NCBI GenBank assembly: GCA_963666515.2
Contig: OY762897.2
Coordinates: 4,160,001-4,224,000 of the forward strand
Direction of reading: 5' to 3'
Origin: Candidatus Binatia bacterium
GTDB taxonomy: Bacteria; Desulfobacterota; Binatia; UBA9968; JAJDTQ01
DNA: 64,000 bases
Positions 30,471-38,437 of this stretch are shown piece after piece (the first letter of the stretch is position 1; every line of letters begins with the position of its first letter). Made by a program: the position numbers and the translations under genes. The notes under the pieces are model-generated. The model was not told the origin of the DNA. It did no database searches and worked only from the letters and a program-made list of their open reading frames with translations.

Positions 30471-31460
30471 GTGGATATGCCGGAACTGAGCTACCTGGAG
30501 GCCATCCGCTCGGGGCTGTTGGCCGAGATGCGAGAGGATTCTTCGGTCTATGTCTTCGGCGAGGACGTGGCGCTGGGAGGCCCCTTCGGGGTCACCCAGG
30601 GGATCGCGGAAGAGCTGGGCGAGCACCGGGTGGTGAACACGCCCATCAGCGAGGGCACGGTCATGGGCGTGGCCATCGGCGCGGCCCTGTCGGGGCTGCG
30701 CCCGGTGGTGGAGATCATGTTCGTGGACTTCATTACTCTGGCCATGGACCAGCTCGTGAACCACGCGGCCAAGCTCCACTACATGTCGGGCGGGCAACTG
30801 AAGGTGCCGTTGACTGTGCGGGTCCAGTGCGGCGTCCAGGGCAACATGGGCGCGCACCACTCCCAGAGCCTGGAATCCTGGTTCCTGCACGTCCCCGGCC
30901 TCAAGGTGGTCATGCCGTCGAATCCCGCCGACGCCGAGAGCCTCATGCGGGACGCCATCCGGGACGACAACCCGGTGCTGTTCATCGAGCACCGGGCGCT
31001 GTATTTCTCGCGCGCGGAGGCGTCCGAGGGCGGCAGCGGCCTCGCCATGGACCGGGCGGCGGTGCTGCGGGAGGGCCCCGACGTCACCGTGGCCGCACTT
31101 TCCAGGATGGTGGGACCGGCGCTGGAGGCGGCGGAAGCGCTGGCGGACGAGGGGGTTTCCGTGGAGGTCGTCGACCTGCGCAGCCTCGTGCCGCTGGACA
31201 TCGACACCCTGGTGGATTCGGTCAGGAAGACTTCGCGACTCGTCGTGGTGCACGAGGCCGTGGAGCAGGGCGGGGTGGGCGCGGAAGTCGCCGCCCGCGT
31301 CCAGGAGCGGGCCCTCTACTACCTCGACAGCCCGATCCTCCGGGTCGCCGCCCCCAACGCCCCGGTGCCGTGCGCGCCGCCGCTGGAGAACTACTTCGTC
31401 CCCGACAAGGAACGGATCGTAGAGGCCGTCCACCGGGCGCTGTCCAGCCAACCTTCCTGA
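30471..31460 (+). CDS. TPP-dependent dehydrogenase E1 beta subunit
   Basis: GEDV, TPISE, RPVVEIMF.DF, HHSQSLE, DLRSL.PLD. Confidence 0.92.
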   Translation: MDMPELSYLEAIRSGLLAEMREDSSVYVFGEDVALGGPFGVTQGIAEELGEHRVVNTPISEGTVMGVAIGAALSGLRPVVEIMFVDFITLAMDQLVNHAAKLHYMSGGQLKVPLTVRVQCGVQGNMGAHHSQSLESWFLHVPGLKVVMPSNPADAESLMRDAIRDDNPVLFIEHRALYFSRAEASEGGSGLAMDRAAVLREGPDVTVAALSRMVGPALEAAEALADEGVSVEVVDLRSLVPLDIDTLVDSVRKTSRLVVVHEAVEQGGVGAEVAARVQERALYYLDSPILRVAAPNAPVPCAPPLENYFVPDKERIVEAVHRALSSQPS

Positions 31461-31469
31461 TCACTAAGG

Positions 31470-31560
31470 ATTTCTCCTTCTGACAAGGAGAAATTGATCC
31501 ATATTTCTCCTTTTCAGAAGGAGAAATAACTGCTATATTCTCCTTCCCACAAGGAGAATA
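31470..31560. repeat. Three 25-bp palindromes at an exact 33-bp period
   Basis: ATTTCTCCTT-CTGAC-AAGGAGAAAT (31470), ATTTCTCCTT-TTCAG-AAGGAGAAAT (31503), TATTCTCCTT-CCCAC-AAGGAGAATA (31536). Confidence 0.92.
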
Positions 31561-31595
31561 GAGACCTGGAAGCGCTCCCGACAACTTTTCGGCAA

Positions 31596-32921
31596 GTGCT
31601 GGCCGAGCAGCTTGCCGTATCCTTGCAAGCACTGCCTCCCTCTCACACTCCCTCTCACACGCCCCGCCGCGTGCACGGGCTCAAGCGGTTTCCCGGCAAG
31701 GCGACTGCGGTGGTCGGTATGCGCCGGGCCGGCAAGACCACCTTTCTGCACCAGTTGCGGCATGAATTCCTGACCACGGGCGCCGCCACCTCACGAGCCC
31801 CTTACGTTTCGTTCGAGGACGAGCGGCTCACCGGCCTGGAGGGGCGCCACCTGGATCTGCTCCTTGACGAATATCAACGCCTTTCAACGGTGGAGTCGGG
31901 CGCATCGGCCGCCATGTGGTGCTTTGACGAGATTCAGTTGGTGCCCGGCTGGGAGCGTTTCGTGCGCCGTCTGCTCGACACGGAGGCCGCACAGGTGTTC
32001 GTGACCGGCTCTTCCGCGGCACTGCTGTCTCGCGAGATCGCCACGGCGTTGCGCGGCCGGGCATGGCAGGTCCTCATGCACCCGTTCGGCTTCGACGAGG
32101 CGCTACGTCACCAGGGCGTGGAGCTTCCGAAACGGACGGATGTCCTGCCCCGCGGCGAGCGCCTGCGCCTGGAGCGGGCGTTTGCGGCGTGGCTGGTTGC
32201 CGGCGGGTTCCCGGAAGCCCAGGGGCTGGACACCGCGCCCCGGCATCAATTGCTGCGCGACTACGTGGACGTGGCGGTGCTTCGCGATGTGGTGGAACGT
32301 CACGGAGTCGGGAACGTCACCGGGCTCCGATGGCTCGTGCGCCAACTGCTCGGAAACGCGGGCGGCTCGTTCAGCGTCGAGAAGTTCCACGCGGCCCTCA
32401 GGTCGCAGGGCATCGCCATTGGCAGGGACACGGTCCACCAGTTCCTTGGCTACCTCGAGGACTGCTTTCTCGTGCGCGTCGTCTGGATGGAGTCGAGTTC
32501 CGAGCGCCAGCGGATGGTCAATCCGCGCAAGGCGTATCCCGTGGATCCGGGCTTGATCCCCGTTTTCGACCGCACGGGCCGCGCCAACATCGGACACGCG
32601 CTCGAGACCGCCGTGCTCATCGAGTTGGAGCGGCGCCGGCTCGACGTGACCTACGTTCGCACCCGGCAGGGGTACGAGGTGGACTTTCTGGCCCGCGACG
32701 CGGACGGACGCCGGGAACTGATTCAGGTCTGCGCCGATGCGTCGGATCCCGCCACCGCCGAACGCGAGCTTCGAGCCTTGACAGCGGCAGGCGAGCAATT
32801 CCCCGACGCCGAGATGCGCCTGCTGACCCTGACCCGTGACGGCATACCCGACCCGTTGCCGGACGGCGTTGTGGCGCAGCCGGCGTGGACCTGGATGCTT
32901 GGGTCCGGTGACTTGGTTTGA
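31596..32921 (+). CDS. AAA_14 ATPase with DUF4143 / PD-(D/E)XK-like C-terminus
   Basis: GMRRAGKT, FDEIQ, TGSS, GGFPE, P.K.Y..D.G, LE..V, EVDF...IQV; start uncertain. Confidence 0.88.
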   Translation: MLAEQLAVSLQALPPSHTPSHTPRRVHGLKRFPGKATAVVGMRRAGKTTFLHQLRHEFLTTGAATSRAPYVSFEDERLTGLEGRHLDLLLDEYQRLSTVESGASAAMWCFDEIQLVPGWERFVRRLLDTEAAQVFVTGSSAALLSREIATALRGRAWQVLMHPFGFDEALRHQGVELPKRTDVLPRGERLRLERAFAAWLVAGGFPEAQGLDTAPRHQLLRDYVDVAVLRDVVERHGVGNVTGLRWLVRQLLGNAGGSFSVEKFHAALRSQGIAIGRDTVHQFLGYLEDCFLVRVVWMESSSERQRMVNPRKAYPVDPGLIPVFDRTGRANIGHALETAVLIELERRRLDVTYVRTRQGYEVDFLARDADGRRELIQVCADASDPATAERELRALTAAGEQFPDAEMRLLTLTRDGIPDPLPDGVVAQPAWTWMLGSGDLV

Positions 32922-32940
32922 CGTGGCGTCAAGAGGCCGT

Positions 32941-33705
32941 CTAGCGGTGCAGCCAATTCGGCTTGCGTTTTTCCGCGAACGCCTGGACGCCTTCTTCCAC
33001 GTCCTCGGTTTCCAGCAGTTCCTTGAGGTAAATCTCCTCGGAACGGGCCAGAGCGACGGAAAGCTCCTTGAGGCCGATCTCCCGCAGGCCCCGGAGGGTG
33101 ATGCGCAGCACCGCGCGGCTCTTGTCCAGCAACTCGCCTCTGAGGGATTCGAGCGCTTGGCCGAGCTGATCCCGTGGCACAACCCGGTTGACGAGCCCGA
33201 TGGACTCGGCCTCCCGGGCCGACAGGCGGCGGCCGGTGAGGATCATCTCGGCGGCCCGGTGGTAGCCGATCTGCGAGGAGAAGCGCGCCAGCGCAACCGG
33301 TGGAAAACAGCCCACGGTAATCTCGGGCGTGGCGAACGAGCTCTCCTCGGAAGCGAGCACCAAGTCGCAGGACGAGGCCAACTCGCAGCCCCCGCCCAGG
33401 CAGACGCCGTCCACCACCGCAATGGTGGGCTGGCGAAGGCTCATCAGCTTCCGTATGACGCCGTGCACCAGGTCGAGCATCTCGGGCACCTGGGTACGGG
33501 TATGGTCCTTCACGTCGACGCCGGCGGAGAAGGCGCGTTCGCCAGCGCCGCTGATCTCCACGAGGTCCACCCCGCTGTCCTGGTCCAAAGTGTCCAGGAC
33601 CTGTCGCAGCTCTCGCAGCAGCGCTAGATTGAGCACGTTCAGCGGCGGCCGGTCGATGACCACGGAAGCCACCCCACCAGTCATTTCCAGAAGAATTCCT
33701 GCCAT
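32941..33705 (-). CDS. Enoyl-CoA hydratase/isomerase family (dienoyl-CoA hydratase-like)
   Basis: RPPLNVL, AFSAG.D, CLGGGCE, F..PE, AF.EKRKP. Confidence 0.9.
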   Translation of the reverse strand: MAGILLEMTGGVASVVIDRPPLNVLNLALLRELRQVLDTLDQDSGVDLVEISGAGERAFSAGVDVKDHTRTQVPEMLDLVHGVIRKLMSLRQPTIAVVDGVCLGGGCELASSCDLVLASEESSFATPEITVGCFPPVALARFSSQIGYHRAAEMILTGRRLSAREAESIGLVNRVVPRDQLGQALESLRGELLDKSRAVLRITLRGLREIGLKELSVALARSEEIYLKELLETEDVEEGVQAFAEKRKPNWLHR

Positions 33706-33751
33706 CGTATCCTCCAGAACCCCGCCTCACCCCTCCTGGATTCCCGCTTTC

Positions 33752-33945
33752 CGGGCTGTGTCAAAACTCCGTCCTGCGTGCGGAAAGGCGACGACACTCG
33801 AATCGTCATTCCGGCGAAAGCCGGAATCCAGGGGTGGGGGAAGGCGGTAACGAGCGTACATGGCCACTCCGCCTCTGGATTCCGGCTTTCGCCGGAATGA
33901 CGACTGCGGCACGCCTCTGCCCCCGGCGGGTTTTGACACAGCCTG
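33752..33945. mobile_element. 194-bp MITE with 16-bp TIRs and TTTC target duplication, inserted in a REP loop
   Basis: CGGGCTGTGTCAAAAC...GTTTTGACACAGCCTG (15/16 complementary), TTTC at 33748-51 and 33946-49; removal restores CTGGATTCCCGCTTTCGCGGGAAT. Confidence 0.82.
33803..33903. repeat. REP doublet carried inside the MITE
   Basis: TCGTCATTCCGGCGAAAGCCGGAATCCAG and its exact 29-bp reverse complement at 33875. Confidence 0.88.
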
Positions 33946-34017
33946 TTTCGCGGGAATAAGGGTAGATGGGTAACGCGGGAATGACAGGCCAAGGCGTCAA
34001 CTCCCCCACATAGGACA

Positions 34018-35529
34018 CTAGAACTGGAACACCAGCGACTTGATGGTGACCGGGACGGTGCCCGACGGTTCCAGCACCCGGCCCAGGTCGATGAAGTCGA
34101 AGTCGCGTAGCGTGATGCCGTCCAGGGCCATCACGTCGCCCTTGAGCCCGAAGTCCTGTTTCAGGATGGTGCCCACGAGCCCGGCCATGTCGTGGTCGAA
34201 CACCAGGTAGATGGGGCGCCCCTGCGCCACGGTCTGTGACAACCCCTCCATCAACCCCCGGCAGAACGCCGCGATGCGGAACGCCGCTGGCGGTCCCTGC
34301 CACACGAACACCAGCGCCACCTCGGCTTCGCCTTCGGCCAGGTCGAACGACCGGAAGTGGTTCTGGATGGTCTGCGCCATGGATGCCGGGTCGATGTCGC
34401 CGTCCAGGTCCACCGGCGGGCGCAGCACCTGGAGGTTCTTGCGCGGCAGCAGGTCGTCGTCGGAACGGTAGATGGTGTTGCCGGACACCTGTACGGTGTG
34501 CTGGGCCGCTCCCATCACCGTGGCCCGGATGCACTCGCGCGCGCTCACCAACGGCCCGGGCAGCGCGCCGTCGTCGATGCGGCGCCGCAACGCCCTGCCC
34601 AGCGGCGCACCGAGGTCGCCGTGGGACTCGCGCTCGTGGCCGTAGACGTATTCGCCGACGCCGCCGGAGAAGACTACCGCATCGCAATCACGGGATCCGT
34701 TCAGAGGAGGAGTCACCCACAGCGACTCAAGCTCGGGACTCGCGTCGCCGCCGGCGGCCAGGGTCAGCACCACGTCGGCCATGTGGCCGGCCAGCCGCTC
34801 GATGTCGTCCGGGCTTGCCCGATCCCCCACGTTCCAGTCCAGTCCCACGTGGCCGGCGAGAGCCTTGCCGCCGGGTTCCAGCACCGTGATGGCGCCGTCC
34901 CCGTCGGTGGCCAGCAGGCGCCCGCCCACGTGGAAGGCGGCGGTGCCCACCACCCGCCCGCGTTCGGCCAGCGCCAGTTTGGTGGTGCCGCCGCCGATGT
35001 CGATGTTGAGCACGCGGCATCCCTCTTCCGCGGAATGGGCCACGGCGCCGGAGCCGTGGGCCGCCAGCAGGGCCTCGAAGTTGTGGCCGGCGGTGGCGCA
35101 CACGAAGTCGCCGCGCTGGTCGGCGAACAGGTCCGCGATGGCGCGGGCGTTGTCCCGACGGATCGCCTCGCCCGTGAGGATGATGGCCCCGGTGTTGACG
35201 TCATTGGGCGTAAGCCCGGCCTCCTCGTAGGCGTCGTCCACGAGCCGTCCCAGGGCCTCGTCGTCGATGCGTTCGCGGTTGGCGGTGTAGGGGGTGAAGC
35301 GGATGGGGGAGAGGTAGAGGGTCTTCCGCTCCGTCACCACGAAGCGGCTCGACAGCTCCCGTCCCAGCCGCCGCAGCACCAGCCGCGAGAACAGGATCTG
35401 GGACGTGGCCGTGCCCACGTCGATGCCGACGCTGGTCAGGGTGATGGTGTCGAGCTTCCAGAGAGGGTGGTCTTCCTCTTCCTCCGGCGCCCCGCCGTCG
35501 TGATCGTGGTCGTCCCCGATGTCGTGCAT
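34018..35529 (-). CDS. EutA-like (ethanolamine ammonia-lyase reactivase family) ASKHA ATPase
   Basis: SVGIDVGT.TSQ..FS, GAIILTGE, FVCATAG..FE...AA.GSG, NIDIGGGTTK, IRATV.GA, VPVTIKSL. Confidence 0.85.
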   Translation of the reverse strand: MHDIGDDHDHDGGAPEEEEDHPLWKLDTITLTSVGIDVGTATSQILFSRLVLRRLGRELSSRFVVTERKTLYLSPIRFTPYTANRERIDDEALGRLVDDAYEEAGLTPNDVNTGAIILTGEAIRRDNARAIADLFADQRGDFVCATAGHNFEALLAAHGSGAVAHSAEEGCRVLNIDIGGGTTKLALAERGRVVGTAAFHVGGRLLATDGDGAITVLEPGGKALAGHVGLDWNVGDRASPDDIERLAGHMADVVLTLAAGGDASPELESLWVTPPLNGSRDCDAVVFSGGVGEYVYGHERESHGDLGAPLGRALRRRIDDGALPGPLVSARECIRATVMGAAQHTVQVSGNTIYRSDDDLLPRKNLQVLRPPVDLDGDIDPASMAQTIQNHFRSFDLAEGEAEVALVFVWQGPPAAFRIAAFCRGLMEGLSQTVAQGRPIYLVFDHDMAGLVGTILKQDFGLKGDVMALDGITLRDFDFIDLGRVLEPSGTVPVTIKSLVFQF

Positions 35530-35547
35530 GGCCTGGCCGCGCGCCGG

Positions 35548-36783
35548 TCAGTCGATGAAGCTCCCCTCCGCGTCCGGGAGGTTGCCCTGCTCGCCCGGCA
35601 GGTTGCCGTGCTCGTCCGGGAACAGGACCTTGACCGCCTCGGCGCCGCCCACGCCCGTGCACCACGGCACCATGTTCTTCATCCGGCAGGTGATGCCGCG
35701 CTTGGCCAGCTCTTCCTCGAAGATCCGGTGGATCTCCGGGTCCTCGTCCTCGTACTCCACCTGGTAGCCGCCCTTCTTGCCGCTGACTTCGCCGGTGCGG
35801 AGCACCGTGGACTCCTGCGCCTGCCAGCGGTTGACCGCGTACTTGCGCGACAGGCCCTGGTTCATCACCAGGTAGGTGGCCGGGGTCTCGCCGACGTTGA
35901 AGTGCTGGTGCAGCCACAGGCCTTGGCCGGCGCCGGAGAGGTAGAGGCTGCCTTCCTTCCAGTCGCAGCGGACCCGCTCCTCGTCGCCCCGCTGGGCGAG
36001 CACGTAGCCCTCGCCCTCGATGATGTAGAGGTGCGCGCCCGGGCCGTGGCGGTGGGACTTCTTGTAGTAGCCGGACTCGAAGCGGGACACGTGGGATTCC
36101 ATCAGGCCGGAGCCCATGACCATGAACGCGTTGGTGCCGCCGCCGCCCCGGCTCTTCCACTCGTACAGCGGCAGCTTGCGGATGTCGGGGATGAAGTTGG
36201 TCTCCCACACCCGGCCCTTGTAGAGCTTGGCCTCGGCGGTGAAGTAGTCCGGCTCGCCCTGGTAGCGGTCGTCGAAGTCGTAGTTGTTGTTGAAGATGAA
36301 GTGCTCGCTGTTCCACTGCCGGAAGATCTGCGGCAGGTCGGTGACGGAGAACCACCGGGCCGGCTGGGACAGGCTGGCGTTGAAGAACTGGTGCCAGGCG
36401 TTGGTGGGCGGCACGAAATAGCTGCCCGGACCCCACTCGAAGGTCTGCTTCTCGCCGCCCTCGCGCCACACCGAGCAGGAGCCGTGCCCCGACACCACGT
36501 AGATGGCCTCGGTGTACATGTGCCGGAGCGGCGCGGTGTAACCGCCCGGCGGCAGCTCGACGACGTGCTCGTCGCCGCCGTTGTCGCCGTCGAGGTAGCA
36601 CAAGGCGCCCTTGACGCCGTCGCCCTTGCGCGGCCACGGCCCCACCTCCACGGCCTTCATGTCCTCGATGAAGACCCCGCCCACCAGCGGAGCGCCCTCG
36701 CGTTCGCGCCACTCGGCGTAGGAATCGACGCGCGTGAGCGCGGGCTGTTTCTCCGGGTCCAGGGGGGTGGTGGGTATGGTCAT
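35548..36783 (-). CDS. Bicupin protein (gentisate-dioxygenase-like fold)
   Basis: RHMY.E..YV.SG.G...WHQ.FN and K.HRHGPG......G.GY...HQHFN cupin motifs. Confidence 0.8.
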   Translation of the reverse strand: MTIPTTPLDPEKQPALTRVDSYAEWREREGAPLVGGVFIEDMKAVEVGPWPRKGDGVKGALCYLDGDNGGDEHVVELPPGGYTAPLRHMYTEAIYVVSGHGSCSVWREGGEKQTFEWGPGSYFVPPTNAWHQFFNASLSQPARWFSVTDLPQIFRQWNSEHFIFNNNYDFDDRYQGEPDYFTAEAKLYKGRVWETNFIPDIRKLPLYEWKSRGGGGTNAFMVMGSGLMESHVSRFESGYYKKSHRHGPGAHLYIIEGEGYVLAQRGDEERVRCDWKEGSLYLSGAGQGLWLHQHFNVGETPATYLVMNQGLSRKYAVNRWQAQESTVLRTGEVSGKKGGYQVEYEDEDPEIHRIFEEELAKRGITCRMKNMVPWCTGVGGAEAVKVLFPDEHGNLPGEQGNLPDAEGSFID

Positions 36784-36934
36784 GATGCGGCCTCTCTTCG
36801 GTTGGGTTTTCTTCGTTTTCTTGGCGGGAAGGGTAGGCGATTGGCGGGAGACATGTCAACACGGGAGAACGTTTCGACGACTCTTGACCTGCCGGGAAGG
36901 GGAAAGGAGGCGGCAGCAGGAAACGTATGGAAGG

Positions 36935-37022
36935 GTGTTGCAAACGGCAGGTCATGGGCTTTACAAATACCCGGTCGAATGTGTTATAAATGCCTGGTCA
37001 AGTGTGTTACAAATCCCTGGTT
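36935..37022. repeat. Four degenerate direct repeats at a 23-bp period
   Basis: TTGCAAACGGCAGGTC (36938), TTACAAATACCCGGTC (36961), TTATAAATGCCTGGTC (36984), TTACAAATCCCTGGTT (37007). Confidence 0.82.
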
Positions 37023-37071
37023 GCTTCGGTGCCAGTTCCTCAAGGCTCAAAGCCGCCGGGAGTCTGTCCGT

Positions 37072-37097
37072 GTAGGGGCGACCGGCCGGTCGCCCCC
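37072..37097. repeat. GTAG-class REP-like palindrome
   Basis: GTAG-GGGCGACCGGCCGGTCGCCC. Confidence 0.65.
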
Positions 37098-37157
37098 CCT
37101 TGCGGGGTGCGCCGCAACGTAGGCGCCGGGGCCGAGGGTCAGGGCAGGTGTAGACAG

Positions 37158-38405
37158 GTGTACATTCCCAGAATAGCCGACAAGGAGCTTGCCGATCGGT
37201 TGCAATCGGCCGGGGCCGTGCTTGTCGAGGGTCCGAGGGCCTGCGGCAAGACCGAGACCGCTCGTCAGCGGGCCGTGAGCGAGGTCCTGCTCGACGTCGA
37301 TCAGAACGCGCGTCAGGCCATGGCGGTCGATCCGGCACTGGTGTTGGCGGGAGACAGGCCGCGGCTGATCGACGAGTGGCAGATCGAGCCCGCCATCTGG
37401 AACCATGTCCGGCGTGAAGTGGATCGGAGCCGCGGTCCCGGACAGTTCATACTGACGGGTTCGGCCGCGCCCGCGGACGACATCACCCGTCACACGGGCG
37501 CGGGGCGAATATCCCGCCTGAGACTGCGCACCATGAGCTCGTTCGAAAAGGGGTTCTCCAGCGGCCGGGTGTCCCTGTCGGACTTGATGAACGGTCGTTT
37601 CGAGGGCTGCCCAAACGAGGGCACGGTACTGACGGATCTCGTCTCGCACCTGAGCCGCGGCGGCTGGCCGGGCGACCTGGACCGGTCGGAGCAGGCTTGC
37701 CTGACCGCCCGCATCGACTACCTGGATGAAGTCCGCCGTGTGGATATCTCCGGCGTCGATGGCGTTTCCCGAGATCCTGGGAACGTCGGCCGCGTGCTTC
37801 AATCGCTCGCGCGGAACGTGGCCACGCCCGTCAGCGCGCAAACCATCGCCGCGGACGCCGGCGGGGGCGACGGCCCGCTGGACGGGGATACCGTGCGCGG
37901 CTACCTCGCCGCCCTGCGGCGGCTGATGGTGTACGAAGAGCAGCCGGCGTGGTCGCCGCGGCTCCGTTCCCGGTCCTTGCTGCGGCGCGCGGCGAAGCGC
38001 CACTTCGTCGATCCGTCCCTGGCTGTCGCAGCTCTGGGCGCAACCCCGGCCCGGTTGTTGGCAGACCTCAACTTCCTCGGTCTGTTGTTCGAATCCATGG
38101 TATACCGCGACCTGTCCGTCTACTCCCGTAACTGCGACGCGAGCGTTTATCACTACCGCGACAACACCAACCTGGAAGTCGGCACCGTGGTGCAGAACCG
38201 TCAGGGAGACTGGTGCGCCTTCGAGGTGAAGCTCGGCGCCGGGCAGGTTGACGCTGCTGCGGCGTCATTGTCGAAGTTCCGCGAGCGCGTGGACCGGGCG
38301 ACCGTTGGCGAACCCCGGATGCTTGGCGTTATCGTAGGCTCCGGCTATGGCTACGTCCGCCACGATGGCATCGCTGTCATCCCCATCGCCGCGCTGGGTC
38401 CATGA
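37158..38405 (+). CDS. AAA_14 ATPase with DUF4143 C-terminus
   Basis: YIPRIAD, EGPRACGKT, IDEWQ, LTGS, GGWP, KRHFVDPSLA, FESMV.RDL, FEVK. Confidence 0.9.
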   Translation: MYIPRIADKELADRLQSAGAVLVEGPRACGKTETARQRAVSEVLLDVDQNARQAMAVDPALVLAGDRPRLIDEWQIEPAIWNHVRREVDRSRGPGQFILTGSAAPADDITRHTGAGRISRLRLRTMSSFEKGFSSGRVSLSDLMNGRFEGCPNEGTVLTDLVSHLSRGGWPGDLDRSEQACLTARIDYLDEVRRVDISGVDGVSRDPGNVGRVLQSLARNVATPVSAQTIAADAGGGDGPLDGDTVRGYLAALRRLMVYEEQPAWSPRLRSRSLLRRAAKRHFVDPSLAVAALGATPARLLADLNFLGLLFESMVYRDLSVYSRNCDASVYHYRDNTNLEVGTVVQNRQGDWCAFEVKLGAGQVDAAAASLSKFRERVDRATVGEPRMLGVIVGSGYGYVRHDGIAVIPIAALGP

Positions 38406-38437
38406 TCCGGCCGGCCGGCCAAAGAAAGGGACACCCC

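Noticed and set aside
18392-31451. Long minus-strand ORFs over the men and E1 genes (576, 657, 595, 714 aa)
   Set aside because: Shadows of well-supported plus-strand genes.
31470-31560. Possible mini-CRISPR array
   Set aside because: Units are separated by only 8 bp and no cas genes are present.
34357-37122. 921-aa plus-strand ORF
   Set aside because: Antisense shadow of the cupin and EutA-like genes; typical of high-GC codon bias, with no motifs.
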